Of a stretch of DNA of 64,000 nucleotides, positions 58,776 through 64,000 are shown piece by piece; within the stretch, counting starts at the first letter, position 1; each line of letters opens with the position of its first letter. The stretch comes from Candidatus Undivivens industriae. Its GTDB lineage: Bacteria > Omnitrophota > Gorgyraeia > Gygaellales > Profunditerraquicolaceae. The position numbers and the translations under genes are program-made. The stretch is taken from the NCBI GenBank assembly GCA_012514745.1, contig JAAYZR010000009.1, positions 10,045 through 74,044 of the forward strand, read 5' to 3'. The notes below the pieces were generated by a model that ran no database searches, was not told the DNA's origin, and was given only the letters and a program-made list of their open reading frames with translations.

Positions 58776-60110
58776 ATGAGAGAAAAAATACTTCTTATAA
58801 ATCCTCCGTCCAGTCGAGAAGATTGCATCTGCGTGTTGCCTCCGTTAGGGGTGCTTTCCTTAGCGGCATTCATGAGGCGGGCCGGCTTTGGAGTCGCGGT
58901 AGCCGATTTCAACATCGATAGGCGTTGGCGCGAAAATCTGCATACTATTATGCGAAGGGAGAGGCCCGATGTCGTAGGGATCTCCAGCAACTTCTCCAAT
59001 AAGGCCCTGGCATTAGAGATCGCCTTGATGATCAAACGGTTCGCTGGGAACATAACCGTGGTGGTAGGTGGGCCGCACCCCACGATCGCTCCGGAGGAGT
59101 ACACAGGCGGTTCCATAGATTATGTTATTCCTTACGAGGCGGAGTTGCCGCTTCTGGATTTTCTTTCTTCCTCTGATAAAAGCTCCGTTCTCGGAGCCGT
59201 CTCTCTGAGGCGGAAGGACGTGAATAAAGCGGTAGCTGGTATCCAGCGCAACTGTGTGGAAGATATGGATAGTCTTCCCTTTCCGGCCTATGACATGGTG
59301 GACCTGCGCGGGTATATAGGGAGCATATACAGGAAAAGACCGTTAGCGTCCATAGTTACTTCCAGGGGGTGTCCGTATAGTTGTATATTCTGCAGTCAGG
59401 GGGTATTCGACCGCCGCTGGCGCGCTTTTTCCGCCGGTTATGTGGCGGAACAGATGCTCTGGATGACGGAATCTCTGGGGATAAGGGAACTCCTCATAGA
59501 GGACGATAATTTTACTTATGACACCGAGCGCGTCTTCAGGATATGCGAGCTTATTCTTTCCAGCGGAAAGAAAATCAATTGGCAGCTTTCAAACGGGGTA
59601 AGGGCCGATAAGCTGAGCAGGGAACTATTGACCCTTATGAAACAAGCCGGGTGCTGGAAGATATCCATTGCCCCGGAGGTCGGAGATGAGGAGAGTCTGA
59701 AGGTCCTGAGTAAAGGCATGACTATGGAGCATTTTATCCGCGCCGCGCAATGGTGCAAAGAGCTCAAGATTGAATTCTTCTGTTTCTTTCTGATGGGATT
59801 CCCTTTTCAGGACCGCGTTAACATGGAGAATACCGTGAATTTCGCCATGCGTCTGGATCCTTTAATGATGGATCTGAACAAGATAGTGCCTTTTCCGGAT
59901 ACTCCGTATTTTTCCAGGTTCCCGGATCGGAGCATATACAAAAAAGCGCACAGTTATCAATACAAAGGCAGTGACCGTGAAGTAGACCGGATGTGCACTA
60001 GGGCATACCTGCGCTTTTATGCTAGACCGGCGAAACTAATGCGTATCTTGCTGGCCATGGGGCCGCTCCAATTCCTGCGTTTCGTCAAATACGCAGGTAA
60101 TGTTCTATGA
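58776..60110 (+). CDS. B12-binding-domain radical SAM protein (paralog of 57415)
   Basis: PPLG, GGPHPT, SRGCPYSCIFC, APEVG. Confidence 0.9.
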   Translation: MREKILLINPPSSREDCICVLPPLGVLSLAAFMRRAGFGVAVADFNIDRRWRENLHTIMRRERPDVVGISSNFSNKALALEIALMIKRFAGNITVVVGGPHPTIAPEEYTGGSIDYVIPYEAELPLLDFLSSSDKSSVLGAVSLRRKDVNKAVAGIQRNCVEDMDSLPFPAYDMVDLRGYIGSIYRKRPLASIVTSRGCPYSCIFCSQGVFDRRWRAFSAGYVAEQMLWMTESLGIRELLIEDDNFTYDTERVFRICELILSSGKKINWQLSNGVRADKLSRELLTLMKQAGCWKISIAPEVGDEESLKVLSKGMTMEHFIRAAQWCKELKIEFFCFFLMGFPFQDRVNMENTVNFAMRLDPLMMDLNKIVPFPDTPYFSRFPDRSIYKKAHSYQYKGSDREVDRMCTRAYLRFYARPAKLMRILLAMGPLQFLRFVKYAGNVL

Positions 60111-60141
60111 TTTTGCCTTATGGTGATATGTAGGTGAATAT

Positions 60142-61542
60142 ATGGAAAGGGAACCGATTAAAGAACGGGACCGGATAATGCTCGTACGTTTTTCCCCGCG
60201 GCAGGGAAGGAAACTGACGCATCCTTTGGGGGTGATGCCGCCGTTTACTCTTAAATACGTCCAGGCTATGCTGGAGAAAGAAGGTCCCTTCCGCGTTGAA
60301 TTGGCGGATTGTTCGCTTTATCCTCTTACGCCGGAGGGCCTGGCGTTAAAGGCAGCGTCTTTCGCTCCAGACTGTCTGGTGATACAGGCAGATGTGTTGA
60401 CGTATCGGCCGGCGCGGGAGTTTGCCGAACTGGCGCGCGCGCGGGGGATGGGATCGTTCATTTTGACAGGTCCCGGGATCGATCCTTCCGATGCCGCTGA
60501 GCTCTTTCCGTTATACATATGCGGAGAGGGAGAAGTAAAAATTGCGGAGATCATAAAAGAGTGCTCGCGCGCGCGCGATTTCTCTTCCAAACGTCTGCGT
60601 TCCCGGGCCCGGGAATGCGCGGGCAAGGAATTCCTCGTGGAGGATCCGGACAGCCTGCCGTTCCCGTCTTACAGCCGCCGTGAGATCGAAGGTTACTCGG
60701 GGATATTCCCGCTGCGTTTCAACGGCAGAGCCAGGTATGGTTTTGTGCTCTCCGGCAGGGGGTGTCCCCACGACTGCGGTTTTTGTTCCGGGGCGATCAG
60801 GGTAAGCTGCGGTTCCCGTGTGCGTTTTCGGAGTCCCGGGAACGTGGTGGACGAGATGGCGTCACTTACCGGAGCCGGAGTCAACGTCATTTCTTTCGCC
60901 GACGATGATTTTAGTTGTTCGGAGAGGCATGCGGCCGGGATATGCGAGGAGATACTGCGCAGAAAATTAAACGTGTATTGGACGGCGCAGGCGCGGCTGG
61001 ACGAACTCTCGCGGGAAACCTTGCGTTTGATGAAGCGTTCCGGTTGCATCCTTTTGCGACTGGGAGTGGAATCCGGCTGCGAACGGGTTCTGAAAGGGCT
61101 TAAAAAATGCGCGGATCCGGTTGAGTGGAAGCGGCTGGCCGGACAGGTTTCCGGTTGGCTGGCTCACGAAGGGATCGCCTGCGACGCAATGTTTATGATC
61201 GGCAGCCCGGGAGAGACGGGTGCGGAGATCGAAGAGACGATGAGGCTTTGTTCTTTCATGAAGCCTGATTTCATCCAGGTGCATTATTACGCTCCTTATG
61301 CGGATTCACGGATGTCTGCTGGAGCTGCTGCATCGTGCCGTCCGCCGCATCATTACGCGCTTCCGGAGCGCAGTTTGAGCGCGGTGGATATTCCCGCATT
61401 GAGAAGGCTGAGGGCTTTTTTCTATCTGCGGCTTTGCCTGGATCCTTTTTTCATATTGCGTCATTTGAGCAGGTATGGTTTTTTCTATTTGCGCAATCCC
61501 CGGGTGTTGCTGCGACTGTCAGGGATGCTGTTGAGTTTCTGA
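60142..61542 (+). CDS. B12-binding-domain radical SAM protein
   Basis: GEGE, GRGCPHDCGFC, GVESG, GSPGET. Confidence 0.88.
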   Translation: MEREPIKERDRIMLVRFSPRQGRKLTHPLGVMPPFTLKYVQAMLEKEGPFRVELADCSLYPLTPEGLALKAASFAPDCLVIQADVLTYRPAREFAELARARGMGSFILTGPGIDPSDAAELFPLYICGEGEVKIAEIIKECSRARDFSSKRLRSRARECAGKEFLVEDPDSLPFPSYSRREIEGYSGIFPLRFNGRARYGFVLSGRGCPHDCGFCSGAIRVSCGSRVRFRSPGNVVDEMASLTGAGVNVISFADDDFSCSERHAAGICEEILRRKLNVYWTAQARLDELSRETLRLMKRSGCILLRLGVESGCERVLKGLKKCADPVEWKRLAGQVSGWLAHEGIACDAMFMIGSPGETGAEIEETMRLCSFMKPDFIQVHYYAPYADSRMSAGAAASCRPPHHYALPERSLSAVDIPALRRLRAFFYLRLCLDPFFILRHLSRYGFFYLRNPRVLLRLSGMLLSF

Positions 61543-61563
61543 GAAGTTCTGTGAAGGAGGAAA

Positions 61564-62778
61564 ATGCGCAAGTTTCCCAAAAGAAGCATTTATATCAATG
61601 TTGGAGAACCGGCAAGAATTTTCAAGTTGGCGCTTTCGGGGGAATTGCTACGTGGAGGTGAAATAGAAAGGTTCGAGCGCGCCATAGCTGAATTCACCGG
61701 AGCCGGGTATGCGGCGGCGGCCGGGTCCGGGCGCTGCGCGCTTTCTTTGATCCTCAAGGCTGCGGGATTGCGCGCAGGGGATGAGATAATCGTTTGCGCT
61801 TATAACTATCCCGGTTTGGTGGCGGCACTTCTGAAAGAGAATTACCGGGTCGTCCCGGTGGACGCCGGGCCCGGAGGGTTCCAGATGGACGCGTCCGGGG
61901 TGGAGAGCAGCATAGGGTCTCGCACGCGCGCCGTAATCGCCACCCATTTGTACGGGCAACCCTGCGATATTCGGGGGATTTGCGCCGTCGCGCGCAGGCG
62001 CGGCCTGACGGTTATAGAGGATGCCGCGCATTCTCTGGGAACGATGATCGGTGGCAGGCATGCCGGCACTTTCGGGGATTTCGCTTTCTTGAGTTTCTCG
62101 GGTTCTAAACCGCTTAATACCTCTTGCGGCGGAATGGTCCTGACGAATAGCGAAGAATTATACCGGAAGATAGTTTCCGGGCTTGACGCCTGCGTTTATC
62201 CTGATCCCCTGGACTTGATCCGGATGCGCCTTTTTACTTACGCGTATTCTTTTATCACGGGGAGGGTCTTTTTCGACCTGGCCGGCTATCCGGCGGCCGT
62301 GCTGGCAGGATTGTCCGGTTGGGATCCCTGGGTGAAGTATAACAGTATGCCGCGCGGCGAATTTGCAGATCGGAGGTTAAGGTTCAGCAATATGCAGGCC
62401 TGCGTCGGTCTGGGGTATATGGATCGGCTCAGAGAGATATTGGCCGCGAGGTGCCGCTGCGGCGAGAGGCTGTACCGGCAATTAAGAGGGACGGGCGCGT
62501 CCCCGGACCCCGCGGAGGGATCGAATTATTTTATGATACCGCTGCTGGCAAAGGACAGGAGAAGGCTGTACCGGGGACTGCTGCTGCGGGGGATAGACGC
62601 TAATATCGGGTACGCCTATGACTGTTCGTTCCTGCTGGGCACGAAAAATCCCCGCGCCGCTTTGCTCGAACGAAGCACGCTTCTGCTTAATCTGCCGTTT
62701 GATACGAAGGATAATGAAGTGGATTATCTGGCGGAGCAGTTGAACGCGCTCTCCGGTGAAATGTTGAGGGCCGTGTAG
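61564..62778 (+). CDS. DegT/DnrJ/EryC1/StrS aminotransferase family
   Basis: THLYG, EDAAH, SFSGSKP..GG. Confidence 0.85.
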   Translation: MRKFPKRSIYINVGEPARIFKLALSGELLRGGEIERFERAIAEFTGAGYAAAAGSGRCALSLILKAAGLRAGDEIIVCAYNYPGLVAALLKENYRVVPVDAGPGGFQMDASGVESSIGSRTRAVIATHLYGQPCDIRGICAVARRRGLTVIEDAAHSLGTMIGGRHAGTFGDFAFLSFSGSKPLNTSCGGMVLTNSEELYRKIVSGLDACVYPDPLDLIRMRLFTYAYSFITGRVFFDLAGYPAAVLAGLSGWDPWVKYNSMPRGEFADRRLRFSNMQACVGLGYMDRLREILAARCRCGERLYRQLRGTGASPDPAEGSNYFMIPLLAKDRRRLYRGLLLRGIDANIGYAYDCSFLLGTKNPRAALLERSTLLLNLPFDTKDNEVDYLAEQLNALSGEMLRAV

Positions 62779-62869
62779 GGCCGCGCGGCTTTTTAGCCTG
62801 AATTACCGCATAAGGCCGGTATTATATACTTCGAAGGCGCAGAAACCGCTGTTTATGGAGAGGTGGAAG

Positions 62870-64000
62870 ATGAAACTTGTGATGCCTACGAACTGGGACG
62901 ACGCGCTGGTCCCCGAATATAAGAAGCTGGGGATAGCCGAATGTTACGGTAAGCTTGCCGTGGACGTCGTGGGAGGCGGCCGGTCGGCGTTCATTCTTCC
63001 GAACGTTTCCCGTGCCCGGGTCGCCGGGCATATCCGCAAGCTGCACGGGGCGGGGATTAAATTTAATTATCTTTTGAACGCTGCCTGCGGTTCTTTCCGG
63101 GAGTTTAGCCGTTCCGGGGATAAGGAGGTGCGGAAACTGCTGGGTTGGCTGGCTGACGCCGGGGTGGATTCCGTTACCGTGACCTCGCCGTATTTTTTGC
63201 AGATGATAAAAAAGAAATACCCGGTTTTTAAAATCTGTGTTTCTACCAATGCCGAGGTCGCCTCCCTGCAAAAAGCGCTTTTCTGGCAGGATTTCGGGGC
63301 GGACCAGATCACGCTTTCGCATAACCTGGCGAATCGCGATTTCGCTCTGATAAGGCTGCTGAAGAAGAAAGTCTCCTGCGAATTGAGGCTGATCGCCAAC
63401 ACCAGCTGCCTGCTGGATTGTCCTCTCTCCAGGTATCATACCGCTTACGACGCCCACAGCTCGCAGGCGGATTCTGCGCGCAGGCCCGGGTTCGCCGTGG
63501 ATTATTGCAATCTTTTCTGCAAGTTTATCCGTCTGAGCGACCCGGTGAGGTTCATCTCTTCCCAGTGGATCAGGCCTGAAGATCTGGCCGTTTATGAATC
63601 CGCCGGTATCGGGACGTTCAAATTGATCGACAGGCGTTGCTCCACGGAGAAACTATTGCTCATCGCGCGGGCTTACGCCGGCCGTAGATACGACGGCAAC
63701 CTGGTGGATCTGCTGCCGATATTTCACGGCAAAACCGTGCTTGATTTCCGCACGCTGCCGTTGAAACTTAGGTATTTTTTTCATCCCCGCGAGCTTAACC
63801 TCTTTTCCCTGGTTGAACTTGGGAGCATACTGCAGGATTTTAGAATTCGCATAGACAACACCAAACTGAACGGCTTCATCGGGAAATTCGTCACTGCCGG
63901 CTGTCCGCCTGAAGGATGCTCCGATTGCGGTTATTGCGCGCGGGTTGCCGGAGAGGCGTTGAGCTACGATAAGGAATACCTGATTTCCCTGCGTGAAAGA
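62870..64000 (+). CDS. U32-family (peptidase-like/Fe-S hydroxylase) protein, 3' truncated by window
   Basis: MKLVMPTNW, GGGR, NYLLNAAC, NRDF, ANTSCLLDCP, YC..C, WIRPEDL, FKL.DR, C-terminal CSDCGYC; absent from ORF track as no stop. Confidence 0.85.
   Translation, partial: MKLVMPTNWDDALVPEYKKLGIAECYGKLAVDVVGGGRSAFILPNVSRARVAGHIRKLHGAGIKFNYLLNAACGSFREFSRSGDKEVRKLLGWLADAGVDSVTVTSPYFLQMIKKKYPVFKICVSTNAEVASLQKALFWQDFGADQITLSHNLANRDFALIRLLKKKVSCELRLIANTSCLLDCPLSRYHTAYDAHSSQADSARRPGFAVDYCNLFCKFIRLSDPVRFISSQWIRPEDLAVYESAGIGTFKLIDRRCSTEKLLLIARAYAGRRYDGNLVDLLPIFHGKTVLDFRTLPLKLRYFFHPRELNLFSLVELGSILQDFRIRIDNTKLNGFIGKFVTAGCPPEGCSDCGYCARVAGEALSYDKEYLISLRER

Overview
Bacterial window in which every credible gene (~60) is on the + strand. 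Gene content and style suggest an anaerobic diderm, possibly Ca. Omnitrophota; this is inference only. Layout: (1) tetrapyrrole operon hemA-hemC fusion/cobA-hemD/hemB/hemL (1-4.6 kb). (2) A mosaic accessory stretch (4.8-29.7 kb) with a radical SAM + ECF transporter, arsC, a sulfotransferase-NifS-CysC-nucleotidyltransferase-kinase cluster, ZIP, ferritin-like, arnA/arnB-like genes, methyltransferases, a racemase, TA-like modules, a class D beta-lactamase, Fic and an AT-rich PIN-like membrane protein. It is dotted with palindromic repeats. (3) miaB-SPOR-miaA-hflX. (4) Heat-shock locus hspR-like/clpB/hrcA/grpE/dnaK/dnaJ with a CIRCE and structured intergenic repeats. (5) accD, a sugar ABC ATPase and two diguanylate cyclases. 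(6) A large cluster of six B12-binding radical SAM enzymes, two GT-C-like membrane proteins, U32 proteins and a DegT aminotransferase running off the right end. Most notable: two displaced, degenerate copies of the miaB 5' end upstream of the intact miaB, suggesting repeated integration of cargo modules into miaB with no integrase in the window; the radical SAM/U32 cluster; and the sulfation cluster. No tRNA, rRNA or CRISPR array was recognised.
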